In this document: piece by piece, positions 36,052 through 45,529 of the stretch
Layout of the letters: every line of letters begins with the position of its first letter
Position numbering within the stretch: the first letter of the stretch is position 1
Origin: a virus
Taxonomy: Duplodnaviria > Caudoviricetes
Direction: 5' to 3' (one strand)
DNA: 64,000 nucleotides
Virus record (IMG/VR): IMGVR_UViG_2523533545_000002
Coordinates: 2,718-66,717 of that record
Notes under the pieces: generated by a model
What the model was told of the DNA's origin: nothing
What the model saw: only the letters and a program-made list of their open reading frames with translations
Databases searched by the model: none
Program-made: the position numbers and the translations under genes

Positions 36052-38985
36052 ATGGCGCAGGAATCCCGCCTCGCGGTAACGATCGACTCGCGCGGCGCCA
36101 AGCGCAATGCGGATGACCTGACCGACTCGCTCGGACGGATGGAGAAGGCTGGGGATGCGGCAGCAGCATCGGCCGAAGGGGTTTCGGAAAGCCTGGACGA
36201 CCAGCGCAAAGCCCTTACCCAGCTGCTTGGGCAGATCAATCCGACCACCGCTGCCCTTGGCCGTCTGGACGACATGCAGGAGAAGCTGGCAAAGTTCAAA
36301 AAGGCAGGCATTGTCGAAAGCGACACGTTCGTCGAATACACCCAGCGCATTAACACCATGCGCGATGCTCTGGGTGAAACCAGCACCGGCATGAACAAGG
36401 CCGGAATGTCGGCCAAGGCCTACCAGGCATCCTTGCGTGGCCTTCCTGCCCAGTTCACCGATATTGCCGTCAGCCTTCAGGCCGGGCAGGCCCCATTGAC
36501 CGTATTCCTGCAGCAGGGCGGTCAGCTCAAGGATATGTTCGGTGGTGTAGGGCCGGCCGCGCGCGCCATGGGTGGCTACATCCTTGGATTGGTGAACCCG
36601 TTTTCCGTTGCCGCGGCAGCCGCCGCTACTCTGGCGCTGGCCTACTACCAGGGCTCAGAGGAATCGGAGCGCTTCGCCAATGCGTTGATCGAGAACGGCA
36701 ACGCCGCCGGCACCAGTGCAGGCCAGTTGGCAGACCTTGCCAATGAAGTGGCCAGCACCAGCGGCACGGTTGGCGCTGCAGCGGCTGTGCTCACCAAGCT
36801 GGCAGCCGCAGGCAACCCGCTGACCTCAATGTACGCGGAGATCACCCAGGCCTCGCTGGCCTGGTCGAAGCAAACCGGTCGAGACATCGATGGGGTCGTG
36901 AAGTCGTTCAACGACATCGCGAAAAGCCCGGTCGAGGCAATCAAGAAGCTCGACGCTGAGCTGAACATTCTGACCACCTCGCAGTACGCCAACATCGTTT
37001 CCCTGCAGGAGCAGGGCGACACCATGGGGGCGGCGCAGGTGGCCGCAGGGCTGTACGCCGAGGAGATCAGCAGTCGAGCCATAGAGATCGAGGGAAACCT
37101 CGGCACCCTAGAGTCTGCCTGGCAGTCAGTAGCCGGGTTCGCCAAGAAAGCCTGGGATGCGATGCTCGACGTTGGTCGCGACAAATCCCTCGAACAACAG
37201 CTTGCGGACGTAGAGCGCAAGATTGCGGATGCCGAGAAAGGCATTCAGCAGGGCGGCCGTGCAGCCTTTGGTCTCGGGATCACCTCAAAGAGCATCGTTC
37301 AACTGCGTCAACAGGCTGCCGATCTGCAATCAGCCATTGCCGAGGCCGGTCGAAAAGCTTCTGAGGATGCTGCCAGCAAGGCGATTCAAGATGCTGGAAA
37401 AAAAGGCGTCGACACGATCAACGCCACCTTCAAGGCGGCTCAGACCCAAACCGAGAAGCTTCAGAAGCAGCTGAAGGACATCGACAAGGCCCGCGCAGAT
37501 GCGCAGAAGGCCGGCGGGTTCACTGCTGAGGAAGAAGCCAAGTACGCGGTAGCCAGAAAGAACGTCGAGCAACAAATCGCCGACATCAAAGAGCGTGAGG
37601 CGAAGAAGAACAAGCCCAAGGCGGCCACCGGCCAGAATCGCGGCGTGTCCGAGGCTGAAAACACCTTCGCCAAGCTCTACAACCAGTACGATCCGGCAGC
37701 CCAGGCAGCGCGTGCGCTGGTCAAGGAGCAGGGTCAGCTCCAGCTGGTGCTGGACAAGGGCAAAATCAGCCAGGAGGAGTACAACAAGGCCCTGGCCCAG
37801 GCTTCGATCAACTACGGCGCTGCCATCAAAGGCGCTCAAGGCCTGACGCAAGCTGAGCAGTACCGCGCTCAGTTGGAGAAGCAGCTCAGCACCCAGCGGA
37901 CGCAGTACAGCCTGGAGGCTCAAGGCGTGGGCATGGGTGACTTGCAGTCAACCCGTCTGCAGCAGCGTGTGCAGTTGGAGCAGCAGACCAACGACCGCAT
38001 CCTCCAGCTGCGTACTGAGCTCGCCAATGCCACCACGGAGAAGCAGCGGCAGGACCTGCAAACGCAGATCGACCTGACCAACGAGTTTCTACCGAGACAG
38101 CTGGAAGCATTGCAGGCTGGCTGGGCGCAGATGGACCAGGCCATGCTCAACCCTATCAACGGGTGGACGGCGGCAGTCCAAAACTTCGGCAACGAAGCGC
38201 GCGACATCGCCGGACAGACGCAGTCGATCTTCTCCAGTTCGTTCAACACCATAGCGAATGACATCACCAGCGCGATCAAGAGCGGCAGCTTGTCGTTCAA
38301 GACGCTTGGGGATATCGGCGCTGACGTGCTCGACCAGGTGATCACCGGATTTATCCGGATGGGCGTGCAGATGGCGATGAACGCCGCGCTGAGCGCGACA
38401 CTCGGAGCTTCGGCAGCAGCGACCAACATTGCCCTGGCTGGGACAACCGCTTCCGCCTGGGCGCCTGCGGCCGCGATGGCCTCCCTTGCCACGCTTGGCA
38501 CCAACGCCGTCCCCGCTGCTACTGCTTTGACTTCCACCACAGCGCTGGCTGCCGGTCTCGCAGTGGTCCCTGGTTTCGCCACTGGGGGTTACGTGTCCGG
38601 GGCTGGTACTGGCACCTCTGACAGCATCACGGCCAGGCTGAGCGACGGTGAGTTCGTGGTTAACGCCCAGGCCACCAAGCGTAACCGTTCGCTGCTAGAG
38701 GCTATCAATTCGAACGAGCGGGTATCGGTGGCCAGTCAAGGGGCATCCGTGGCGGTTGCGCAGCGGGGAAGTCAGGGCGGCACCCAGGCCACTCAGGTTA
38801 TCCACCAGGTAACCATCGAGAACTACAGCCAAAGCCAAATCGAAACCCGGACTGACTCTGACGGCCGATTGCGGGTGATCGTCCAGGCTGCGGTTGACGA
38901 GATTTCTGGCCAGCTTGCTTCTGGGTACGGCCAGGTCGTGGATGCCGGCGAAGGCGCATATGGCTGGAAAAGACAGGGCTCCTAA
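36052..38985 (+). CDS. Tape measure protein
   Basis: 977 aa, A/Q/K-rich; lambda-H-like PAQFTDIAVSLQAGQAPLTVFLQQGGQLKDMFGG. Confidence 0.93.
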   Translation: MAQESRLAVTIDSRGAKRNADDLTDSLGRMEKAGDAAAASAEGVSESLDDQRKALTQLLGQINPTTAALGRLDDMQEKLAKFKKAGIVESDTFVEYTQRINTMRDALGETSTGMNKAGMSAKAYQASLRGLPAQFTDIAVSLQAGQAPLTVFLQQGGQLKDMFGGVGPAARAMGGYILGLVNPFSVAAAAAATLALAYYQGSEESERFANALIENGNAAGTSAGQLADLANEVASTSGTVGAAAAVLTKLAAAGNPLTSMYAEITQASLAWSKQTGRDIDGVVKSFNDIAKSPVEAIKKLDAELNILTTSQYANIVSLQEQGDTMGAAQVAAGLYAEEISSRAIEIEGNLGTLESAWQSVAGFAKKAWDAMLDVGRDKSLEQQLADVERKIADAEKGIQQGGRAAFGLGITSKSIVQLRQQAADLQSAIAEAGRKASEDAASKAIQDAGKKGVDTINATFKAAQTQTEKLQKQLKDIDKARADAQKAGGFTAEEEAKYAVARKNVEQQIADIKEREAKKNKPKAATGQNRGVSEAENTFAKLYNQYDPAAQAARALVKEQGQLQLVLDKGKISQEEYNKALAQASINYGAAIKGAQGLTQAEQYRAQLEKQLSTQRTQYSLEAQGVGMGDLQSTRLQQRVQLEQQTNDRILQLRTELANATTEKQRQDLQTQIDLTNEFLPRQLEALQAGWAQMDQAMLNPINGWTAAVQNFGNEARDIAGQTQSIFSSSFNTIANDITSAIKSGSLSFKTLGDIGADVLDQVITGFIRMGVQMAMNAALSATLGASAAATNIALAGTTASAWAPAAAMASLATLGTNAVPAATALTSTTALAAGLAVVPGFATGGYVSGAGTGTSDSITARLSDGEFVVNAQATKRNRSLLEAINSNERVSVASQGASVAVAQRGSQGGTQATQVIHQVTIENYSQSQIETRTDSDGRLRVIVQAAVDEISGQLASGYGQVVDAGEGAYGWKRQGS

Positions 38986-38991
38986 CGAGGA

Positions 38992-39450
38992 ATGGCAATG
39001 ATTCAGTACCCGGCAGGATTGTCACTTCCTCTGCAGGAAGGGTACGGCATGAGCACGGTCGATCCGATGCGGGCTACCCCAATGGTAACCGGGCGTACGC
39101 GGTACCGGGTTCGGCACAGCTACGTCCCGACTGAGGTGAAGTTCAGTTTCAACTTCAGCCAGGACGAAGCGGGGATATTTGAGGCCTGGTATGCGCGCAC
39201 CCTGAATAACGGTCTGGAGTGGTTCGAGATCAGCCTGCAGACCCCGGCAGGATTCACGGCTTATGAGGCCCACTTCAAGGGCATATACCAGGGGCCAGAT
39301 CTTACCCAGGTCAAGCGTTGGCGGTATTCGGCAGTAGTTCAGCTTAAGGCGCGGCCACTGATCCCCGCGCCCTGGGAGCAGTTTCCAGAATACTGGCTCA
39401 ACAAGAACGTGATTGACCTTGCCATGAACAAGGAGTGGCCTGAAGCATGA
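38992..39450 (+). CDS. Distal tail protein
   Basis: Follows TMP; LPLQEGYG, FEAWY...NGLEWF. Confidence 0.75.
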   Translation: MAMIQYPAGLSLPLQEGYGMSTVDPMRATPMVTGRTRYRVRHSYVPTEVKFSFNFSQDEAGIFEAWYARTLNNGLEWFEISLQTPAGFTAYEAHFKGIYQGPDLTQVKRWRYSAVVQLKARPLIPAPWEQFPEYWLNKNVIDLAMNKEWPEA

Positions 39451-39926
39451 GCCTGATTGAGGAATGTTACGCCTCAGGCAAAGGGGAGCTGGTGGTGACT
39501 GTGGAGGGGCGAGAGGAGGGTAGCAGCATCTCGCACCTCTACTGCTCAGGTTACGAGGACCGGATCTGCACCACCGAGGACGGCCGAACGCTGCTCTTCA
39601 TCGCTATGGCCATGGATTTGGCCATGCCAAAGAACGACAACAGCGCGTTCCAGAACCTGGTGCTCGGCCTGGACAATGTGACCGGTGAGGTGCAAGAGGT
39701 GGTCGAGGCCGCCAAGGCCGCCGATAACCGCTTCATTATCACCGTGCGCATTTACTTGGCCGAAGACCTCTCGTTCCCTCAGGAGCGGTATCGCATGACG
39801 CTGCTCAGTCGGGAGTATGAGGACGATATCGCCAAGCTCACTGCCGGCTTCTTCGATCTGCTGAACACCAATGGTCTGCGCACCGTGCTGACCACATCCC
39901 TGGCACCTGGCCTGAAGTACATCTGA
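39447..39926 (+). CDS. Minor tail protein (DUF1833 / lambda L-like)
   Basis: Position; LDNVTGEV motif. Confidence 0.72.
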   Translation: MSLIEECYASGKGELVVTVEGREEGSSISHLYCSGYEDRICTTEDGRTLLFIAMAMDLAMPKNDNSAFQNLVLGLDNVTGEVQEVVEAAKAADNRFIITVRIYLAEDLSFPQERYRMTLLSREYEDDIAKLTAGFFDLLNTNGLRTVLTTSLAPGLKYI

Positions 39927-39928
39927 CC

Positions 39929-40333
39929 ATGATCGAGAAATTCATGCGCGCCCCGTATCGCGAGGGTGCAAGGGGTCCTATTGCCTTCGATTGCTGGGGG
40001 CTGTGCCGGGCGGTCCGGCATGACCTTTTCGGGCTGGACTGGCTGCCTTCGCTGGGCGCGGTGGGAAAGGACAAGATCCGCGAGAACACCAAGGCTTACC
40101 GCGACCTCAGAAAGTCGATGGAGGAGTGCGCGCCAGAGCCTGGCGCGATCGCTGCGGTACTGCGCGGAAAGGCGCTGCTGCATGTTGGCACAGTGCTGTT
40201 GAGCGAAGGTCGCCTGAAGGTGATCGACACAAATCCCGGTGGCGCCTGCCTCCGGACAACCGGCGAGTTCGAAGCCGCTAACCCAAGGGTGGTTTACTAC
40301 CGTGATCGAGTTCTATCCGAACAAGCTGAGTGA
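39929..40333 (+). CDS. NlpC/P60 tail-tip assembly protein (lambda K-like)
   Basis: FDCWGLCRAV...LHVGTV. Confidence 0.82.
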   Translation: MIEKFMRAPYREGARGPIAFDCWGLCRAVRHDLFGLDWLPSLGAVGKDKIRENTKAYRDLRKSMEECAPEPGAIAAVLRGKALLHVGTVLLSEGRLKVIDTNPGGACLRTTGEFEAANPRVVYYRDRVLSEQAE

Positions 40334-43300
40334 CACCGCGCCCCTGGGCACCTGGAAGACCGATCGCCGGATGACCATCGAGGAATGGCTGAAGTCCCAA
40401 GCCACGTCCTACGAACGTCGCGAGAGCCCGCCCATCAGCGCCGTGCTGAACGACGAAGTGATAGAGCAAACCAACTGGCACAAGGTCGCCTTCAAGCCTT
40501 CCGACCTGCTTCAGATCTACCGAGAGCCGAAGGGTACCGACCCGTTCTCCATTACCTTCGCCCTGTTCAAAGGCGCCAAGGCGGTGCTCAAGGCGATCAT
40601 GCCCAAGATGCCGGGCATGCCGTCCAGTGCCGGCACCCAGCAGGGTGACCCGCTGATGGATGCCAGCGCTAAGGGTAACAAGGTCAAACTGGGTGATCCG
40701 GTGCGGCAGATCGCCGGCCACCAGAGAACCTATCCGTCTTACCTGGCTCAGCCGCGCCGCGCTTTTTTGGCTCCGCGCGACCAGCGCGTTGAAATGCTTC
40801 TCTATGTCGGTGAGGGTGAGTACGACATCCCTCTGTCCAAGGTAAAGGTCGGTGAAACGCCTTTGATTTCCCTGGGTGCGGACGCAACCTTCACCATCTA
40901 CCCACCAGGTGCTGACCTGTCAGCTGATCCGGCGCACATCAACTGGTTCAACGCGCCAGAGGTTGGGGCCAGCTCCAGTGGTTCTGCAGGCCTTGAGCTG
41001 ACCATGGCCACCGAGCTGACCCGGGCCGCCACAGCCTCGGCGTACCAGTTTGTCGGTGACACGATCAGCATTCCGGTTGGATCGGGCCAGTTCCCGGCCG
41101 ACTGGTCGAATGGCATCATCATCCGTGTGCTTTCGCCTTACAGCTATGAGGTTGTTGACGGCGGCGCCGGGCGCGACATCATCCGCGGCCCGCTTGAAAT
41201 GCTGAGCCCGTCTCCGGGCATGCTCATTGAGGTGGCCGGGTCGAACGCTGGGATGTACGTGGTGCACAGCTTCACTCCGGCGGTACCGGCTGTGCCAGCA
41301 GATCCTGGCTCAGCATCCACACTGACCGGCTCTGCTGCACCGACGCGATACGATTTCAACGTCACGCCTCTCGGGTTCACTCTTTCGCATGCGGGATCGA
41401 CCTACCCGCTGACGCTGAGCACCGCCACAACTGACCTGGCCGGCCTGGTTTCGGCACTGAACGTGCAGCTCACTGGCGTACCGATCCAGGCCCAGCAATC
41501 ATCGGGTGTGGTCCGATTTGTAGAGCTCACCCCTTTCTTCGGCATGCCTATATCGGCATCTGGCGCTTCGACGGTGCTGGGGTCGGCTCCGGTTGGTGTG
41601 ACTGGGACGGCTACGACCGGAGGCACGCCAGCGCAACCGGCGGAGATGACGCTTGATTACGACGGTGGATCACCCGTGGTAGGCCTGGCTATTGGCCAAG
41701 GTCTGGCCACTATCGGTCCGCGCGGCTTGCGCTACCGGATCACGGCCTACAGCGCGAGCCTGTTAGCTGTTGAGCGTCTGAGCTCGTCAGGTTCAACCGA
41801 CGCGGGCTGGCCTGGCTTCAACAGCATGCAGACCGTAAATGGCTTGATCACACTGGACGCATCCAATCTGCAGGGTGGTTACCGAGGTCCAATTGCCTGT
41901 TGCCCAGAAGGCGAGAAGATCACGGAGATTGAGTGGTCTGTCACTTATGCCAATGGCCTGGCTGGCATCGGTCGAGAGGGCCAGATTTACGAGATCCCGA
42001 CCTACTACGTCTTCGAGTACCGCGACATGGATGTAGCTGGGGCCTGGATCGTAATCGAAAAGATGAACGTGGGCGGTTCACTGGATGCCCAGGGCTTCAC
42101 GGAAAGGGTGGTGCTGCCTTACCCGATGCGTGCCGAGGCCAGGATTCGCAAGCAGTACGTCGACCGGCCGGGCCGAATCAACGACGAAGCTCGAGACGAC
42201 GCGACATGGACCGACCTGCGCGGCCGGATGCAGAGCTCGCCAACCAGCTATACCGGCTTGACGGTTATGACCTGCAACATTCGTGGCGGTGATCGGCTGT
42301 CAGCGCAGTCGGAGAGCCAGGTCAGCGCCGAGGCCACACGAATCCTGCCGCTCATGGAAGGGGGCAAAGGTCCCACCAGAGACATCGTGCCCTGGTGTAT
42401 CTACCAACTGAAGCAGCGCGGTTACACCGATGACGATTTGGACTTGCCCGAATGGCAGGCCTTTCACAACGTCTGCGTTTCCCGCGGCGACACCTACGAC
42501 GAGACGCTGGACGCGACGATCACGGTCAAGGACATGATCAACAACGCCCTGGCTTGCGGGTTCGGTGAGTTGGTGGTGTTCCGGGGCCTGTTGCGTCCGG
42601 TGCGTGATGCCGCTCGGGCCGCGTTCGACGTGAGTTACGGCCCGAAGACGCAGACGTACTCGCCGCAGAACATGACCAAGATGCTGAAGATCAGCGGCGC
42701 GATGCCGTCGATCAACGACTTCGACGGCGTGGACATGGAGTACTTCTCCCGCGAGACATGGGCCTGGGAAACGGTCGAGTGCCGCTGGCCGGGCGACCTG
42801 GGCACCAAGGTCGAGAAGATCAAGATGCCAGGGTTCAGCGACAAGACCAGGGCCTGGCGGTTCGGCATGCGCCGGCGCGGGCATCAGAAGTTCCGCACCG
42901 ACGTTTACACCTGGGAAACCGAGATGGACGGCAGCAACAGCGGATACCTGAGTTTTGCAGCCGTTGCCGATGACGCCCCCAAGCGTTGCCAGAGCGCGAT
43001 CCTTCTGGACTTTGCAGTCACCGGCTCGGGGGCGCTTTTGAGCTCTTCAGAGCCGCTGGACTTCAGCGCCGGGGGCGAGCACTTGATCGGCGTGCGCAAG
43101 CTGGATGGCACGCTGTCGGGCCCATTCACCGCTACGCAAGTCGATCAGTACACCGTCAGAGTTGACGCGCTCGACTTCACGCCGGAAGTCGACGGCCCGC
43201 TGGAGCCGCCGCACATCCTGTTCGGCCCGAGCACCCGCTGGGCCTATCCGACGCTGATCACTAGCTCTGACCCAGCCAACGGCAACGTCGCCATGAAGGG

Positions 43301-43355
43301 CATGCCCTACGACGCCCGCGTTTACACCTACGACGACCAATTCCCGCCGGCCTGA
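40302..43355 (+). CDS. Tail tip / central tail protein (lambda I+J-like)
   Basis: About 1017 aa from GTG at 40302; GDPVRQIAG, LRPVRD, DGVDMEY; last phage gene before the satellite. Confidence 0.85.
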   Translation: MIEFYPNKLSDTAPLGTWKTDRRMTIEEWLKSQATSYERRESPPISAVLNDEVIEQTNWHKVAFKPSDLLQIYREPKGTDPFSITFALFKGAKAVLKAIMPKMPGMPSSAGTQQGDPLMDASAKGNKVKLGDPVRQIAGHQRTYPSYLAQPRRAFLAPRDQRVEMLLYVGEGEYDIPLSKVKVGETPLISLGADATFTIYPPGADLSADPAHINWFNAPEVGASSSGSAGLELTMATELTRAATASAYQFVGDTISIPVGSGQFPADWSNGIIIRVLSPYSYEVVDGGAGRDIIRGPLEMLSPSPGMLIEVAGSNAGMYVVHSFTPAVPAVPADPGSASTLTGSAAPTRYDFNVTPLGFTLSHAGSTYPLTLSTATTDLAGLVSALNVQLTGVPIQAQQSSGVVRFVELTPFFGMPISASGASTVLGSAPVGVTGTATTGGTPAQPAEMTLDYDGGSPVVGLAIGQGLATIGPRGLRYRITAYSASLLAVERLSSSGSTDAGWPGFNSMQTVNGLITLDASNLQGGYRGPIACCPEGEKITEIEWSVTYANGLAGIGREGQIYEIPTYYVFEYRDMDVAGAWIVIEKMNVGGSLDAQGFTERVVLPYPMRAEARIRKQYVDRPGRINDEARDDATWTDLRGRMQSSPTSYTGLTVMTCNIRGGDRLSAQSESQVSAEATRILPLMEGGKGPTRDIVPWCIYQLKQRGYTDDDLDLPEWQAFHNVCVSRGDTYDETLDATITVKDMINNALACGFGELVVFRGLLRPVRDAARAAFDVSYGPKTQTYSPQNMTKMLKISGAMPSINDFDGVDMEYFSRETWAWETVECRWPGDLGTKVEKIKMPGFSDKTRAWRFGMRRRGHQKFRTDVYTWETEMDGSNSGYLSFAAVADDAPKRCQSAILLDFAVTGSGALLSSSEPLDFSAGGEHLIGVRKLDGTLSGPFTATQVDQYTVRVDALDFTPEVDGPLEPPHILFGPSTRWAYPTLITSSDPANGNVAMKGMPYDARVYTYDDQFPPA

Positions 43356-43374
43356 CCGGACCTTATCGAGCATG

Positions 43375-43389
43375 CCCGCCTTGTGCGGG
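43375..43389 (+). repeat. Satellite att core (left copy) CCCGCCTTGTGCGGG
   Basis: Identical to 55919-55933; 20 bp after the tail-tip stop codon. Confidence 0.9.
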
Positions 43390-43445
43390 TTTTTGTTTAA
43401 CGTAACTATATGTTTTATATGAATTAAAATTATGCATATGGCGTT

Positions 43446-43467
43446 AGCCCCACACTGAGCCCCACAC
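43446..43467 (+). repeat. Arm-type integrase binding sites AGCCCCACAC x2
   Basis: 43446-55 and 43458-67; the same tandem occurs at 55783-55803. Confidence 0.8.
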
Positions 43468-43989
43468 GGATTGCTTGCGTGAAGGGCTGATGGTTTGCAA
43501 GCAGGTGGCAGTGCCCACCTAACTGCACGCCAGCCACCAAGCTGTACCGTGTAACTGCCCCGCAGGCATGCTGTAGCGGCCCTGTTGGCCGCGCAGGTGG
43601 CTACCCCCAACCTTTTTGCGGCGCTTAGGGCCCTAGCCCCACGCGGCCATCCATAGCCCCAAGTGCCCCCCCCCCCCGTAAAGTAAAATACGGTGGGGTG
43701 CTGTGCAGGTCTGTAAGCATCCACGAAAAATTTGTGTTTCTAAGGTGCATGGTGCTACGCCGCTTCCTTCCTGCGAAATTGCAATCCACTTGCTCATCCA
43801 TTTGCATTCAACCTGATCAGTCATTTTCATCTGACCACTGGTCACGTCGGGAATTGTTCCCTGACGCGCCACGTATAACAGCCATGCTATAAAATGGCTT
43901 TCGCCGACTGGCAGTAAATTAAGCTTTGTGCATAGATGAACGTCGGCAGCTACAGGGAATGACAAGTTATTTTGGCGTTGGGGTAGTTA

Positions 43990-45213
43990 ATGAGATTGAA
44001 AAAAACCACAGAGGAGTTCATCCGAGACGGAGTAGCGGTTCACGGAAATCGTTATGATTACTCAAAAGTAAAGTATGTGAGCAACAGAAAGAAAGTAGTG
44101 ATTATCTGCAAAAAGCATGGGGGGTTTGAGCAAACCCCAGCAAATCATTTGTATTTTGGGTGCAAGCTCTGTGGCTTTGAAAATGCAGGGAAGTACCATA
44201 AAAAAGACACCGAAAAATTCATAGCGGCTGCGAAAGTGGTCCACGGCAGTAAATATGACTACTCTGTTACCAAATACATTGGCGCCAGAAATTCGCTAAC
44301 TATAATTTGCTCTATACATGGAGAGTTTGAACAGACTGCCGGTGTGCATTTAAGCGGTGCCGGTTGTGAGCCTTGTTCCTACTCGATGCGTGGTAAGCAG
44401 GCACGTATGACATTTGAAGACTTCGTTGACCGAGCAGTTAAGCTTCACGACGGTCGCTATGAATACACGCTTTCGAAGGATTACTTCCAAGGTACTGCTA
44501 CCAAAATTCAAATAGTCTGCCCTGAGCATGGGATATTTGAACAATTGCCTAGCGGACATCTTCAAGGTGGCGGATGCCCCCTGTGCGCTGTAATCAGGAC
44601 AGGCAATTCCATGCGGAAAACGACTGAGTCCTTCATCGAAGATGCGCGTGCAGTCCACGGAATTGCCTACGACTACTCGGAGACTGACTATAAGGGAGCA
44701 TTTGACCGGGTAACGATCATCTGCCCGATAGATGGGGCTTTCAACCAAAGCCCAACTGGCCACCTTGGCGGCACAGGGTGCCCAAAATGCAGTCGGCGCG
44801 CTCAGGGAGCACCTAGAAATCTTGTTCGCGCATTTCGCGGCGAGTTCGATCAACCAAGGAAGGCATTTGTATATATGATCCGCTTCCGCCTTCTATGCAG
44901 TAATACTCCAATTTTCAAAGTTGGGAGCGGCTCTGGTTCGCGTATGAAAACGGTATTGGGCAGCATAAATCGTATCGGTGGCACTGAAGTAGAAATCACG
45001 AGCATCAGTTTCAACACAAGTGGAGAGGCTATTGTGTTCGAGCACATTGCCCACGACCAGATCAGGGCGCACCAGTTCGCCGTCCCGATCGAGTTCAAAT
45101 TTCCTGGCTACTCTGAGGTGTTTTCTAAAGCCCCAGATTTTTCAGCAGTCGAAAAACACTTTGACCTTGAAAGGTTTCGATCTGGAGAACGCTGGGATCC
45201 AAGGAAAAGATAG
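43990..45213 (+). CDS. Four Zn-finger (CapR-homology-like) repeats + GIY-YIG/T5orf172-like C-terminal domain
   Basis: Four ~68-aa repeats HG..YDYS..Y....I.C..HG.F.Q....H..G.GC..C; C-terminal FVYMIRF...FKVG...R...EA..FE...H...GYSEVF. Confidence 0.75.
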   Translation: MRLKKTTEEFIRDGVAVHGNRYDYSKVKYVSNRKKVVIICKKHGGFEQTPANHLYFGCKLCGFENAGKYHKKDTEKFIAAAKVVHGSKYDYSVTKYIGARNSLTIICSIHGEFEQTAGVHLSGAGCEPCSYSMRGKQARMTFEDFVDRAVKLHDGRYEYTLSKDYFQGTATKIQIVCPEHGIFEQLPSGHLQGGGCPLCAVIRTGNSMRKTTESFIEDARAVHGIAYDYSETDYKGAFDRVTIICPIDGAFNQSPTGHLGGTGCPKCSRRAQGAPRNLVRAFRGEFDQPRKAFVYMIRFRLLCSNTPIFKVGSGSGSRMKTVLGSINRIGGTEVEITSISFNTSGEAIVFEHIAHDQIRAHQFAVPIEFKFPGYSEVFSKAPDFSAVEKHFDLERFRSGERWDPRKR

Positions 45214-45454
45214 CGAACCACGCTACTTAGAAACAGCGAAAATTGGACAGAAAAATTCTCTGAAAGACTCGTTTGAGTCGAATTAGGACTTCCGTCGAGC
45301 CTAACGCAAGTATAAAGCAAGAGCCCCCACCTCACCACTGGGCCGGTTTTTTGACACAATTGATCGTACGGGCGAAGCAGCGCGGCGATCCGGGCTGGCT
45401 GTCGAATACGACATTGAAATTAACTATTAATAGTTTTCGTAGGTTTTGATTCAC

Positions 45455-45477
45455 TAGCTCGCTTTTAAAGCGAGCTA
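45455..45477. terminator. Perfect 11-bp inverted repeat between convergent cargo genes
   Basis: TAGCTCGCTTT-T-AAAGCGAGCTA. Confidence 0.45.
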
Positions 45478-45529
45478 AGTATTGGTGCGCGATGCGAATG
45501 GAGTGAGTTATCTAGAACGCTACCGCGCC

